DNA of 63,619 bases, filler included, from Diploschistes diacapsis (GCA_023645945.1; 10 parts of 10 records of this genome joined end to end with filler, not necessarily neighbours in it), one strand, 5' to 3'. Shown: positions 8,298 through 22,306, counted from the whole stretch's first letter. Program-made: numbers and translations. Notes: generated from the letters alone by a model not told the origin.

Positions 8298-11200
8298 TCT
8301 CCCTCTCCCTCTCCCTCCTATTCTCCCTCGCCCTCACGCTCGCTACCGCCTTCGCCCTCCCCCCTTTACTCCTGGGATCTACCTCCCCCACCCAAAAGTC
8401 GCACACCGCGCACCTCGGCATCCTGGCGCCGCAATGAGGACACATCGTACCATCCCTCGGCCCGCCAAAGACACGCGGCGCAGGTGGACCCACCGGCCCG
8501 ACCGGCTCAGCTGACCCGGCGGGACCAGCAGGAACATCAGAGGAAGAGGCCGAGGCCGAAACGGAATCGCCGCCGAAAAGCGATGCAGCCACGGACGGCG
8601 CAGAGGGCGGTGGATTCGCACTGGGCAGCTGCGGTGGCGCGTCCCGCTGGAGCGGGGGCGGGTGCATGGGCGCGGATGTTGGCCCTTGCCCTGACCCTGG
8701 TCCTGGTCCCGATCCCGAGACAGCAGGCGTGAACGGTAGGGTTGTCAGCAGCGGCCCCGACGCGTCGGAGAGCGTGCTGCTGAAGCTGCTCTCGGCCGAC
8801 AGCTGGCCTGCTTGCGACGCCGCGCCTGCTGTTCCTGTCGTCCCGACTGTCCGCGTCGAGAGATCAGACGGCCTACTCACCAGCATCGGGCTCTGCGGTG
8901 CCGGCCCCGGTCCCAGTCCTGTCTGGCTCGGCTCCTTCCTATGGCCCGGCCTCGAGGGGAGCGGTTTCGCCGCCTTCGCTTCCCCGCCCGGCTGCTCTGC
9001 TTCGCGTTCACGATGCAGCGGGCCGTCGCAGTTGCCGCACTTTAAGCTGACCTGGCGCCGCTGGGGCTCGAGAGCCTTGCGCCCATCCCAGGCGGTCGCA
9101 AGCTTGGTGGATTGCATGTCGAACTGGGCGCGCTTGATGTGCAGGCCGTATCGGTTTAGCAGGGTGCGGTACTCGGCGCGCCAGGCGTCGGCGAGGGGAT
9201 GGCGGAAGTAGAGCGGCGAGGCATGGGCGAGGGCGAGGACGACAGATTGCAGGTCAGAGGTGAGAGAGAGGTAGCGCTGAAAGAGGGGAATGCTGAGGTG
9301 GGTGAGGCCGGTGAGGGGAAGGTAGGAGGGTAAGCCAGAGCTAGTGGCACGGGCCAGGGCGTTTGGAAAGTAGGAGCGAAGGGCGGCATCGGGGAGAGAC
9401 TTGAGGGCGAGGCCGAGTTGGTATGTTGGGGGAAGGGACGGAGGGGCCGTGGTCGTCTGGGAGGTGAGAAGTGCAAGTATGCCGAGGGAAAAGGGATCTT
9501 TCTCCGTGGCGCCGATGGCAGTTATGTGTGAGAGAAGAGACGAGCGGTCAGAATTGCTGCTATAAAGGGAAAGTAAGAGGCTAAGTGCCTTGTTTTGGCT
9601 CTGACGTGGACCGCTGCGTAGAGCTATGGAGGCCAGAGAAGAATCACCGGCTAACAGTGCATGGAGAGCCCCTTCGCTGTTGCGACCTGCCAAGGCCAGG
9701 GACTTTACTTTCGTAAGGAGCACATCTGGTGTTGGGTCGAAGCCGAGCATGTAGAGGCACAAGCGACGCTGGTAGCTTTTCCCGGTTCTTGGTAGCTCAA
9801 TTTCTGGAAGATCCAACGAATTAACGAGATTGACGATGATCTTCGAGACGTCCATATTCAGTGATGGCCGGCGGAGACGAGGCGAAGGGTCGGACCCTGG
9901 GCTTGTCAGAGCTTCACGATGAGTCGCAGGGTTTCATACCGAGACTGCTATCCCAGACGTTCTGTATGCCAAAGTAGCTAAAGTCTACGTCGTTCATGAC
10001 CAGCTTGTCATCCGCAGCATTTTCCTTTGCAGCTGCAGCCTGTCAGAAGCAATCGCTATATGCAGGAACTTGACCGACTTTTGATCCAATCCCACATCCA
10101 CCGCAACTCAGTTTCCTCCCGTACGAGGCCAGAATTCTTGCTGGCGTCGAGCAGATACCCTTCCATGCACCTGCGACGATATGTATCCACGAGCACGAGT
10201 GCATCTTGAATTGATATCAACGAACTGCGCCTATCGACAGAGAGAAATGCATCTTTCGCATCCGCCTTGGAAGGCGATGATTGTGCGGACGGCGCTTGTT
10301 CTTTCCATCCATCGTTGATGTCCTCTTCCGTCTTGTACCAGCCATCTGCACTTGGTGTGATAGGACTCCTAGATTTATTCGTCTTGTCGCTAGCTTCTAG
10401 CCGAGCCTTGATGGTACTTCGCAATTCCACAATCGTGCCCTTTTGCGGAGCTTGGCATATCGCGAGACCCTTGAGTGAGCCTTTGCGTCTTTGCCGTCTC
10501 GCCTTTTCAGGGGCGCCATTGACCGCAACGGCATTCCTCCATGAGGCCGCAATTGCCGGGACCTTAGGGTGCAGCTCACGGAGTCCAATTTCCTGAGTAC
10601 CGTAGAAGGCGATTGCGCTTGATCTCCGACTGCAAGAAAGGACGTTGATGAAATCGAATGCCAGGACCCTTTCGCTGCTTTCGGGGGTCGGTGTAGCTTT
10701 CGAACCCCGTCGCGGCCGGTGCAGCGGCCTTCCTAGCGTTTCTGTGCGGTTCACGTAAATGGCTTGCGTTCCGTCATCATCCGGCAGACTTGTTTGAGCT
10801 TTATCTAACGCAACTTCTTCGTAAGACCTCTTCGTCTCGAAGATTCGCACGCTGCCATTGCTCCCTAATACTCCTATGCTACCAGGTTCCGCAATAGAGT
10901 ACCTCAAGCTCCAGACGCTGGGGGCTTCACTTTCGGACCCATACCTGAAGACGTCCTTGAGTTCCAATAAAGGTGTGTCTAGGCTTGTGAATTGAATTGC
11001 GCTGGGCGGAGCAGTCGCTGGAGGTTTTGCGGCTGATCTGCGATCCCAAATCTGTACAGTCGAATCTTTCACCGGTCCAGCAGAAGCAAAGTAGTTGGAA
11101 TCACAGGGATCTACCGCAATGTTGTGCACGCAGGTAGTGTTGTACTGCATGGCAGGATTCCCGCCGTCATCCCTCAAATCGTAGATTCTGACACAGGTTC

Positions 11201-11729
11201 CTTTGACGCCGGCGACAAGTACATTGGGCTCTTCCTGGAAGAACTTGATGCTCGTGATGCCCTCGGAAGTAGCAAGCTTCCTTATTGGCTCGTGAGCAGG
11301 CTGTCGTGGTAGCAAACCGTTTGACGCTTGGCCGCCGGCCCAATGAAGGATATCGTACACGTTCAAACAGAAATCATTCCTCACTCTCTCGAGGCCCGTA
11401 GCAAGCAGCGTCTCAGGGTTGAAGGCTACCGCGTTGCATTGGCGCTGAGACTTGATCGGCAGAGACAGCGATTCAGACTCGTTGTCGAGACGCAGGACGT
11501 TGGCCTCGCCAGACCATTGTCCGATGGCAACAACGTTGTGGGAAAAGTTCCAGTCAAAGGCGCGGAAGCCGGGTGCTCTCGAGTTTCGTGAAATTTCTTG
11601 CCATTTCAGGCTGTTCGAACTGGCGTCTGTCACTCGGCAATGTTTAAAGGTTCGCCCTATAACGTCGACGATCAAGAAGCTCGGGTCCGTATGTGTCGAG
11701 CGCTGGTTCCAGCGGATTGCCGTTTCCAT
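8298..11729 (-). CDS. MIOS: GATOR2/SEACAT subunit MIOS (Sea4): WD40, solenoid and C-terminal zinc ribbon; 3'-truncated
   Basis: ORF 10056-11729 (RQCNAVAF..LATGLERVRNDFCLNVYD; RRRCMEGY..W.WI) plus ORF to 8298 (LTGLT...FQRY...SDLQS; CGNC...CPHCGARMPRCAVC). Confidence 0.9.
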
Positions 11730-12834
11730 GGTGCTTCACGCAGCGGAGAATTGAAGAGGCTGCTCAAAGCCAGAGTAAATAGTTGTTACATACGAGTCCA
11801 TGACTCCATAGCCTTCTAGTCCGTTAGGGGATGAGTTTCCACCCTGGCATGGGCGATCATTTGCACATAAAGCCCCCCGGCATGGATAGATTTCACTTCA
11901 CCCTCAGAGTAGGTAGCGCTCGCACTGTCATTTTACCGAAGTGATAACATTAGATCCGTCTTCTTCCATGAAAGTTAACAAAGTGAACTAGCCTTAAGTC
12001 TGAAGAGGCTATTAAGCTTGTGCGCGAGTATACAGAAGGTTCGAAGCGGGCATGTCCTTTGAATCTTGAAGCAAGATGAACATGAGACATCTCACAAGCC
12101 AAATTCAAGTGAAATCAAATTCACGATTTTTCCCCACCAAAATTATCTGGTCCACAACAGCACACACACTATCTAACGAGGATACTCCCCATATCTCATA
12201 TTCAAAAACACTTCTTTCAATCTCCCAATCTACCTTGCGCCCGCACCACGAGCTTTGCCGCCGGTAATCTGCCACCAACCGCGTCTCCCGTCCCGTCCTC
12301 CTATCACCACCCCATCCAAAATGTCTCCCTCCCACTCNNNNNNNNNNNNNNNNNNNNNNNNNNNNNNNNNNNNNNNNNNNNTTAATTAATTAANNNNNNN
12401 NNNNNNNNNNNNNNNNNNNNNNNNNNNNNNNNNNNNNGCACCGTCCCGAGCCGACATCGCCTCCCAACGCAAGCTCGGGAAAGCTCCGGAAAGGGGTGGG
12501 GGGTGCGATGCATTCCCGCCTTCTCCGCGCAACGGGGGAGAAGTCTTTCCGGGGAAAAGAGAGGTGGGCCGGGGCGCGACTGTTGTGGGCTGCGAGAGCG
12601 GGGATAATCGACGGGGGGGCCGTGGGAGCTTTTCTGCGACGCCGGCGGTGCATGTGCGCGGGGGTTTGCGGAACCCCCCTTTCGACGAGCGGGACTCCGA
12701 TCCCGATCGTCGTCGCCCCACTGCTGCCCTGGGCCCCGAGCGGAGGAAGGGGCCTCACGGGGAGCCGTCAATGTAAAAAAAGCCCGTCGCGCGCCCGAGG
12801 GTGCTCGATAGGGGGCGACACGGGAGGGCTGCAT

Positions 12835-12872
12835 GGAAGGAAGGAAGGAAGGAAGGAAGGAAGGAAGGAAGG
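12835..12872 (+). repeat. (GGAA)9 microsatellite within a GC-rich contig end
   Basis: Direct reading. Confidence 0.95.
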
Positions 12873-15800
12873 GCCCCGCAGTTTCTCCTCCGCCCGGGCG
12901 CGGCGAGCGTTGTTGGTATGTCGTCGTGGCGAAGCCAGAAGCCAAGCTCGCGGCCGAGGCAGAGATCGGGTGCGCAATCTTCTCTGCATGAGTTGCGGAT
13001 TATGATTGCTGGTGGGAAGTAGGGCGAGGGGGGGGCGTAGGCGTCGAGATGGTCATGGCGAAACATGGCAGCTGGCGCGGGCAAACGCGAGGACGGTGGT
13101 AGAGACTGTTGGATGTTGTTGGGCCAAGGGCATGCAAGGGGGGAAGGAGGAGATGGAAGGTGGGAAGATTAGGAGCATCATGGATGGAGAGAGATGGAAG
13201 GGACAGAGTTTAGGTGGTTCAGCGGGCATGAGCACGGATCCCCAAGGTAAAGGAGGAGGTTAAAGGGAAACTGGAGTGGCTGTTCGAAGGACGGGAGGGT
13301 TGAACATCTATGCCCGGTAAAGCAATAAGAATACAGGTATATCTCAGGCGGGATAAGATGAATCAATGTCTTGCTGACTTACGACAATAGCCTAGTGAAG
13401 CCCCGTTAGCGGCAGCAATGCAGCGAGGCCCTCCTAGCTTCGCTTCGAATGACTGCTTCGAAAGTTTTTGGGTGTTCTAGGAAGGGACTTTCGGACGACT
13501 GAGTGCACATGACATGGGTTGAATGACACTTTCCAATCAACGAGACATTGAAAAGAGGCCACAGTGGATAACAACAGCAAGGGGCCGACACCGACAGCTT
13601 TGTGTGTAGTATGTGGTTGTGGTCAATACAAAACGACCTATGGAAAAGCCCGCATATGATGTTTGCCCGCCCTGCCAGATGACCATCGTGCAAGGCAAGG
13701 CGTCTACGCGTCTGCGCTTAAGCAGCTTCACAAGCTTGAAAGACATGGGACCCAACCTACATCGATACTATAGGACTGACAAGCCTACCCAGATGTGAAT
13801 GGTATCGGCATTGACTCAGCTGAGTCAGTCCCGGCCGTGTAAGTTGATGATGCTAAACTTGAGAACCACTCGGTAGGCCTTCGATCGCGTCGTTCTTGGC
13901 ATGCCTCTACTCAGCTCCAGATATGCAAGGTAATCAAACCACCTTTGGCTTCTTTGATCCTTGTGTAGGCCTTTGCACAGGTAGTGCCTTGTTAGAATAG
14001 TGGCTTAGGATTTGCTTCTCAAATTCTTTCAGCTTCAAATGCAAGTCCGACAACCGCACACGGTAGCGGCGACGAGGGTATAATCGTTCTAGTGAAGTAA
14101 AGGCATTCGATATCCGACGTTAAGCTTGCACGTGTGGGCGCAGACTCGCCGGAGCCCTTCCGCTCTAGATCTCATGACAACAACTCTTTCAAGAGGCCCA
14201 GCATTGACAACAGATCAAGCCAGCTTCCAGCATGATCGGTGCAGTTCTTCCGGGTCACAGGACATGTGGTGAATAGAGTAGCCCGAGCGTCCTCCCTGTT
14301 GTGCTTTAATGTCATCAATGCAATCGATACTCGTAGCTCGAATTCCTCCACCCGAGGCCACCTCCTGCTCGGCAAGACCGAAGGCGGTTCACAACTTCGT
14401 TACCTCATAATCGCAACGCCAAGCCTGGGTTTGACGTGGGGCCGAGCTTTTTTGAACCGGACCAGATCCGCAAGAGGTGTGGAAAGGATGCGTTTGGAAG
14501 CAACTCCGCATTTCAGTGGTCGATTGTTTCAAATGCTCTTCGTGCGATCTTTTGGCATGGAGGGGCGCTCGAGCGTGTCCGGCCAGCATTGCATGAACAG
14601 TGGGTGCATTTTGTGGGGTACGGTGCATTTGCCCAACTTGGAGTTGGTGTGGGCATGGCCTCTTATAGCGCCATGTGTCGGGATTTCGAGTCCAGCTCCC
14701 AGGCGCACGAGTCGAACAGGAGGAGCTTGGATTGAGCTGAGGGACTGGGCACCTTGCCTCGGTCTGGATGCAAAAGGCTAATAATCCGGAGAAGCGCAGT
14801 GGCAAAAAGTGCGCTAGTGTTGCCTTACCTTCCTGGACGAGCAAAACGCCGGCCAAACAAGCTTTCGTCTCGATTCTGGTTTACCCTTCGTCCATCACAT
14901 CTGTGCCATACTCCGACAACAGTTTGTCTTATGAGCCAGCAGTGGCGAACTTGAAGGTGAAGATGCTGCACGATATGTCGCATATTCCAGGCGATCCCAG
15001 GGTCTGAACGTGAATCGCGCAAATACTGCAAATCCCCCGCCCCGAGCTTGGCTCTAGGAATCGAACATTAGGCTCACGGTAGCCAATTGTTATTTTGCTG
15101 GTAGCCAAGGTGGGTTCTTCGATCAATCTGCTTCGAGTTCGAGACGTGCTGATGGTGGAGAACAAGCCTTCCTCTGTGTCGACACCCGTTATGCGGCATC
15201 AAACCCTCGTCCAAAGCTGATATGAGGCAGGCAGCGGAGCTACGTTACTTTCATCCAATGGTGGGAAAGCCTGGGTGGGGAACTCGGCTACTATTGAGAT
15301 ACATATCATCACCAATCCCCGTTTCAATGGAAGGAACTGCGCTTTGAGAATAAGCTTCGTAGCTTTAGCTTAGCTTCGGAGGCTATTGCAGCGAAGCATT
15401 AAAAGCCTCACAACAGTGGGCTCCCAAGCGTCTGTCTCACTAAGATGTACAGACGAGGGTCCACAACCTCTGATTTTGTGTTGTAAGCTGTAAGAACGTG
15501 CGTTCCGTCACGGGCTATGTTTGAAGACGAATATGCAGCTCACAGCAATGCTAGTTCGCATTCTGGAGCTCCTTCGAACTGGAGCCGCTTCCTAATAGCC
15601 GGAATAGAGAGGAACAGGAATTCGTATTAGATAAGCTCACTGTTGACGTTGGAAAAGCATATGAGAGTTGCAAAAAGGTCTGTGGGGGCGATGGAATCTC
15701 TGTAGTTTCCTCATAACGCTCTTGAGCCTCACCTCCGCGCTTATGCTCCTGCGCAGCAACCGGCTGGAAACAGCTCATAGGGGTCAGGCATCAAAGTGAA

Positions 15801-17335
15801 TTTGAATGTTTTGGGGTTGCGGCAGATATGCAAAGATTTTCGAACATCATGCCAGCATTAGTTGCAGTCAGCAGCCACGTATTTCACCAAACCTCACGCC
15901 TACGAGAACACACCTCTAGCAAAGTCCCCGAGGTGGATCCCAGTCACCCTTTCTAGCAACGCTGATCCTTTAATTGTAAAAGAACGTTAAGATAACAGAT
16001 CCTGCGTAGGGATGTCCAATGCGCCATGAATGGCAGACTAGACTGATAAGCAATCCATTGCGTAAATAGTTGCGACTCACTAGGAAGCCTGTCGTCAGCT
16101 TGCGTAAGCAATAATAAGCAAGCCAGCAGTAATAATCTATGAAGCCTCAGCAGTCAGGCCCCCGAGAGGAGAGAACATGGGTACGGGAAGTTCCGCGGAA
16201 GTTCGAAACCATCCGAAAATAGATCTACAAAAGATATACAGGCGTTGTTGTAATTACGGAGGACAGCGTTACAAGGAGCACTTCTGCAACGTTCCTCGTC
16301 ATAAAAAGCGACAATCAAAAACACCCAGTAAAACAGCAACGATAACTCAAGAGCCCCCATCAACGGCGCCGTCTGAACAAACGTCGATGGAACTTTGGCC
16401 AATAACAATAAAATAAAATAAAATAAAATAAAAGAATTCCATTTCTTTCTCAGCTTCGTCAGCACATCCCATCACNNNNNNNNNNNNNNNNNNNNNNNNN
16501 NNNNNNNNNNNNNNNNNNNTTAATTAATTAANNNNNNNNNNNNNNNNNNNNNNNNNNNNNNNNNNNNNNNNNNNNAGGGGGGGGTAGACGGAGAGGGCGG
16601 GGTCAAAAGTTGCAGGCGAGGGACCTGAGGGAGGAAGAAGGTGTTTAGTGGAGACGGGGAGGGGAGGGAAGAGGATGCCGAAAACGAGATAGATGTAAAA
16701 AAGAAGCGGGTAATAAAGGAGTAGGGATAACGAGCTTGTCGAGCGTTTTGGTTTCCGGCGGCGAGTTAGAGGGAAGAAGCGTGGACTAAGTGAGGGAGAT
16801 GGTGTAATTGGTCGGGAGGGGAAAGAGGGAGATAAACGGAAAGGGGGCGGCGGCGGTAGGGAGGGTGTTTATTAGAAGTGGTATTACGAGCGGCGATGAT
16901 GATCGTTTATGAGGTACAGAAATGGGACACACTTATTCAGCATATTGATTGCGATCGCTTTCATATTACATCATTACATGTGCAAGCAACGCTAATCCTT
17001 AAACGGTTATGGGCCTTTGGTATCGACCCTTTGGGACCTCCCCACTAGCTCTGGCTCGACCCAAGAACCGCCCGTACCACATTCCACATTCCGTCACGGG
17101 GCTTATGAGATAGTTAAATCGCTTTGTCTGATAACCGGTCTTTCTAAGGGATCGAATATATCTTGAATCTGCCGTGGTAGGAAAATGATTTCCACCAAGA
17201 GCTGCCCTGAATAATTCAACTGCAGAGAAGGCTTTGTCTCGACTGCTTAATCAAACGCTGGCAGTTGTGGGCAGGCGTGTTTGTACCCCGCTTCTCCGCT
17301 TGCTTGCGGCACTTTATCTCTTCAGCACTGTCCTA

Positions 17336-18984
17336 ATGCCTCAACACCAGAAATCAGTGAATACCAGGCGCACTAGTCGATTACGGCATAGGGTTGTATC
17401 GAAGGTTTGGAGTCATGGCTAAATTTCAAAGGCAGTAGTGGCTAAACTATTCTTAAGGTCGCTGCAGGCCCTTCTACCGATTCTGTTCGTCGATACAGTG
17501 ATCGCCGAAGACCTGCTTCATACGATAAAGACGACCTTGAAATCGTGATCCAGAACAACCGAGCAAGAAAAGCACAGCAAAGACTATTGGAGCACTCTCC
17601 TAGCATTTCTAGGTCCCAAGCTGCTACCAGTGTCAGACCTGAAGATTCTTTCTCCAATAAACTTTCAGATTTCTTTCATAGTTCCGAACCTTCCTACGAG
17701 GGAAGATCGAGCATCTTACAAGATCTTGATCCTCAAGAGTTGCACTATCGTGAAATCGGTTATTTCCCTCTCTTGAGCCAAGAAGTTTTGGATCTCCTTG
17801 AACTCGTGCTCGACAACCCAGACATAGCAAAAAGTATGTTAGCATCCCATAAGAAATTCGAGAGGGGGCTCGAGAAGCGCAATGTCAATATGAAAGCGAC
17901 CAAGAATCAGGATGCATATGTGAACGAAATCTGGAAGTTGGAATCGCAAATACCCGCTGAAAACAAAGAAAGCCCCGATGACAAGACCCTCCAACAAGAA
18001 GTATGGAACGTTGACAAGATCAAATGCAGTAATGATAACGAGGCGCTTTTCCAGCGAACCCTTATGATGTCAATGATTGACCGTCATCGATTCTTTTTCA
18101 ACAAAGCTACAGCTGCTCGAAACCGCTATGATTACAGTGTAGAGAAACTCTGGGATTGTCCGCCAATGCCGACTCATGCAATCGCACTCGGTGACCCTCT
18201 TCTTCCAAGACCTAAGCCTGACCTTTCAGTGTCTTTTCGTCTAGATGAGATAGTGCCGTTGAACTTGAGGAAACATATGCCAGAGGCTGCAGAAGACCTT
18301 ATCGTCTGTGAGGGTAACCCTAGGGAAAGAGCTTTTCCTTTCTTCACAATCGAAGCCAAGAAGGCATTCATTTCACCAGATGATCCTGCGGCTCTAAACC
18401 AGAGCCTAAACAATGCCAGCCAGGCGTTGCATAATATGTATGAATTCTTCAGGGAAGCGGGAGATGAAGCCACCTTCTTTGAAAAAGTCCGATTCTTTTC
18501 AATAGCTGCAATGTCCAAAGGAGTTAGGGTTCGTATCCACCGGGCAGCTGAAACTCAGGAGCGGATTGTACCAAGTTATCCCTTATGCTTCGAGTACGAG
18601 GAATTCGTGAGAATTGATGACGGTGACTTCAAACGCCAGAACGTGGTTGATGTTTTCGAAAAGATTATATGGGGCTACGGTCCACAGCTCTTCAACTTAC
18701 TGCATGAGGCGGCCATAGCAGTTGCAGAGAAATTCAAGAACAACAGCAACCTTGCAAGAGAGAGGGACGAGTGCTATTACCGTCATGGGCAGAGTGGAGG
18801 AAAGTTTTACGAGAAACTAGCTTCCGTGGCACAAAGTCGAGCAAGTATGAACAGTGTCTATGAAGAAAGCCAGTCAGCTCCTCGCAACGTGAAGAGGAAA
18901 CTGGAGAATAACGATCAAGCTTCCATATCAAGAGGACGTGGAAAGAGGAGGGGAAAGCGAGGGATGCGAGGAGGGCGAAAGTAA
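17336..18984 (+). CDS. Fungal hypothetical protein with a PD-(D/E)XK-like motif set
   Basis: 479-aa ORF 17545-18984 with PKPD...FPFFTIEAK...ALNQ and a basic C-terminal tail; the frame is open from 17446; the ATG at 17336 joined via an intron at ~17405-17457 is tentative. Confidence 0.65.
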
Positions 18985-19999
18985 CACGAAACTAAGCCAC
19001 ACTGAGAACGCTCGACCGCTTGAGGAAAACCATGTCAACAAAGTTAACATGCAAGCAAAAACCAAGTGTAAGGATTCGAAATGACCTACTGTTCCCCATG
19101 AGACCGAGATTTTGCAAAACGCAAGTACCTGAACCAACGTCACTGATAATCCTCGAAATATGAGTCAAATAACCGGTATGAAAAGCCTTGGATTATTACC
19201 TCAAGGCCCAGCCGCAGCAAACCAAGGATTCTTCGAGCCGTCACATCTGAGTTCGATGCTCGAATAGACGAGACTTCGAGTGGTGAAGGATCTGAATAAT
19301 CGTGTAACGGACGAGCAGTGATGCGAGCATTGCAGGGCGTCTTAATACCTTTCATTGCCTTAAATGCTACAAGTTTTGTGACTTCCTTTGATCCAGGTTT
19401 TCATTAAACATTTTCGAGTATTTCCAAACGCATAAGGAAAAGCGATTCAAATACTTACGGCTGCCCTCGAAAACAATTCTCGATTAATCATGATGCTTCG
19501 CATCGAGTCCGGTCGGTGCGAGTGTTCTATTGACAAAGACGGAAACAAAAAACGAACTATCGAGTGCCAGCGGTGAAGATATTACAGAGATGACCATAAC
19601 AAAGACAGTCTATTCGAATGTCCAATCTGGCCACATCCATACAATGGAGACAGACAAAAGCAACGACTCTATGGCCCGTGATGGACCTTTGATGCGAATT
19701 CTCCATTTTCTGAGAGGACGAGTCAATAGGCGCAATGGCTCGTTCTTGAGAAGCATGTGCAAGGCTGACAGCGCAGACGGAGAGTCGGACGAAGTAGATG
19801 GTTCTGCAGTCAGAAATATCCCGACAAATCAAGATTGGAAGTAAAGAGGAGAGCATGTTCAAAATGCCCCAGGGAGCGGGTTTTGGAGTGGCTTAATGGC
19901 TAAGGATCGGAAACGTGACCGGTATTCGGTTTGACTCCGGTGCAGGTACTGCGCCGCTCTTTCAGCACATATAGTGTAGACTGCTGAGCAGTTTAGCTT

Positions 20000-20606
20000 A
20001 TGTTTAGTTCCCATAATACTTTACATGCGTTATGACTATTAAACATGTTACGTAGTAAAGATATGCATCTCGATACATTGGCATAGATTATAAAAATTAA
20101 TTGTTGTTATAATCTTCATCTCTATAAAGTAAACTCAAAATATTAATTAAAATAAAGTTAATCTATAACGGGATGTTACGATCTAAGTAATTAGGTGGTA
20201 GTCCACTTAGCACTTCATAGCTAGTCGGGCACTTCTTAATCATTCCTTGTATATAATCCAATCATGGTGATACTGATCACGAGATAAATAAAAAGTCTTA
20301 AAAACTATTCTATCCTCTATAAGTAGAACTGGAGAACGGTAATTCTATTTATCTACTAATCTATTCCGCTAGAAAGTAATTAACTATATAAGAACGCGTT
20401 ATAATTCCTATAAATCGAAGTATATTTATCTTTATAAACATGTTTAGCGGTTACTCGAGATCAATTCATATTCGTTTACTTTTATTACTAAATAATAATC
20501 TTTTTAAAAATCAGAATAAACCTATTACCGATCTATTTCTTCTCTTTCTATACTCTTTTTTTATTAGAAACCAAATCTATTTTAATTAATATCCCGTGTC
20601 TACGTT
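20000..20606. repeat. AT-rich RIP-like repeat relic containing a copy of the TGTTACGATC repeat (20174-20281)
   Basis: Abrupt AT enrichment and TpA excess; 20468-20520 also resembles 28958-29005. Confidence 0.65.
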
Positions 20607-22306
20607 NNNNNNNNNNNNNNNNNNNNNNNNNNNNNNNNNNNNNNNNNNNNTTAATTAATTAANNNNNNNNNNNNNNNNNNNNNNNNNNNNNNNNNNNNNN
20701 NNNNNNAAGGCGGGAAAGGTCCGTTCCCGTGCCCCCGCTTCCCCCCCCCTCCAGTGTCTCTCTGCATAACCGGGCCGAATCCGCGCTGCTGTGCACTCTC
20801 GATGAAGGGGGTGTGTGGTCGATCGGCTATGGCTGGGATTCGATCTCCCCAACCAGAGGGGCCTCGGGACGGCAAAAGCAGGCGGAGGACCTCGGAGGTT
20901 TTTGATACAACTTCCCAACTTCTCCGTGAGCCTGGCTGGCTGGCTGGCTGGCTGGCTAATACGGGCCCCATAGAAGCGAGGCGCGCGCCGACAAGGCCCG
21001 CAGCAGCAGGCGTCTGCGAGCGAAGCTGCTAGACAAGCGCAAAAAAAGGACGCGCAGGCGCAGATCAGGGGCGGGAAACGAGGCCCCTAAACGGGACCGA
21101 AGGCGGTATGGCAAAAGCGCTTTTCTAAACCCTGTGAGGCGCGGAAAGCTGAGTAGTCGCGAAAAAGAAATCGGCCATGGTTGGGCTCCCCATTTCCCCC
21201 ACCACTCCGGACGCTGGACGTGGAACAGTTCAAATTCAAGGAGAGCTCTCTGCTGGTGGAATACGGTCTCTTGACGACACGGATGACTTCAAGAAAAAAT
21301 CTTACCATTGTACGACAAGAGTGATATGGATGTGAGCAGCCGTCAAGGATTTAATATGCTCCCTGGCCGGTAACATCGTTCTACTACGCAATGTGGACCG
21401 CCGACTGCACAGTCAGAGCGAATGGCGCTAACGAATCAGGGACCTTCAGCGCGAGGTCGACAATTGGTGTAAACAGGTCGTCGCTCTATCCCAAGAGAGC
21501 ATAAGGGGCAGATCCGAGCTCAAAAATGAGGTGAAGGTGACCGAATTGAGGTATGTGAAAGAGTACGCAACAGCCTCGGACCCATCGATGTCCTGAGCAG
21601 TGTGGTTTGGTGCAAGCGAATTTTGAAGACGGACAGCCTGAAGCAGCACCTTCGGGACCTCATGCTCTACCGCCTCCAGTATGCCCAGCCACTGGGTCCC
21701 GTCGGCCTCGGTTGCTCCTTGAGCTTCGGTTCAGTATAATGAGCATTGAGGCTTTACGATATAGAAGGTGAGTCCGCAGTTCAATCCTACATTCGCCAAT
21801 GTCAAATATGTTTTTTTTTTCTTTCTCTTTTTTTTTTGCTTTTTGTTCAAATGTGCACGAGGCTCTTCTTGTTTGGGCTTTATACTCCTTTGTTGAAAGC
21901 ATTTGGTATGATGTTCTATGAACATCATGATCTTCTCGAAGTCGCTCGGGGCTCTCGAAGCCTTCCGAGTCGGTATACCTAGACGGAAGACAGACACTGT
22001 TCCGACGTCAGTCATTTTTCCAGTTATCAAACGCAAACCGGCTTGCTGAGTGTTAACCTTTTCAAACCAAACCCAAGTAGTGATCTCTTTTCTCATTTTT
22101 CTCATCAAGCATACAGGCCGTGATCCTAGCTTATCTTCAGGCCAAAATTGCCATACTGTATAGCAAGCGATTATCAGCGCCCTTCCTCAGTAGGGCCAAC
22201 TTTCAATTTTCTTAATCAACATAATGTTGGAGACTGACTTGAATATAGATAGGGATCGAGCTTCCAAAGAGCGAATGAATCCTGCTATTAGTGCGTGATT
22301 GATTCC

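Noticed and set aside
12382..16465. Many overlapping 60-190 aa ORFs
   Set aside because: GC-rich or microsatellite-driven; no recognisable domain or consistent splice model.
19530..19862. Overlapping ~100-aa ORFs on both strands
   Set aside because: No homology signal and no convincing start or splice structure.
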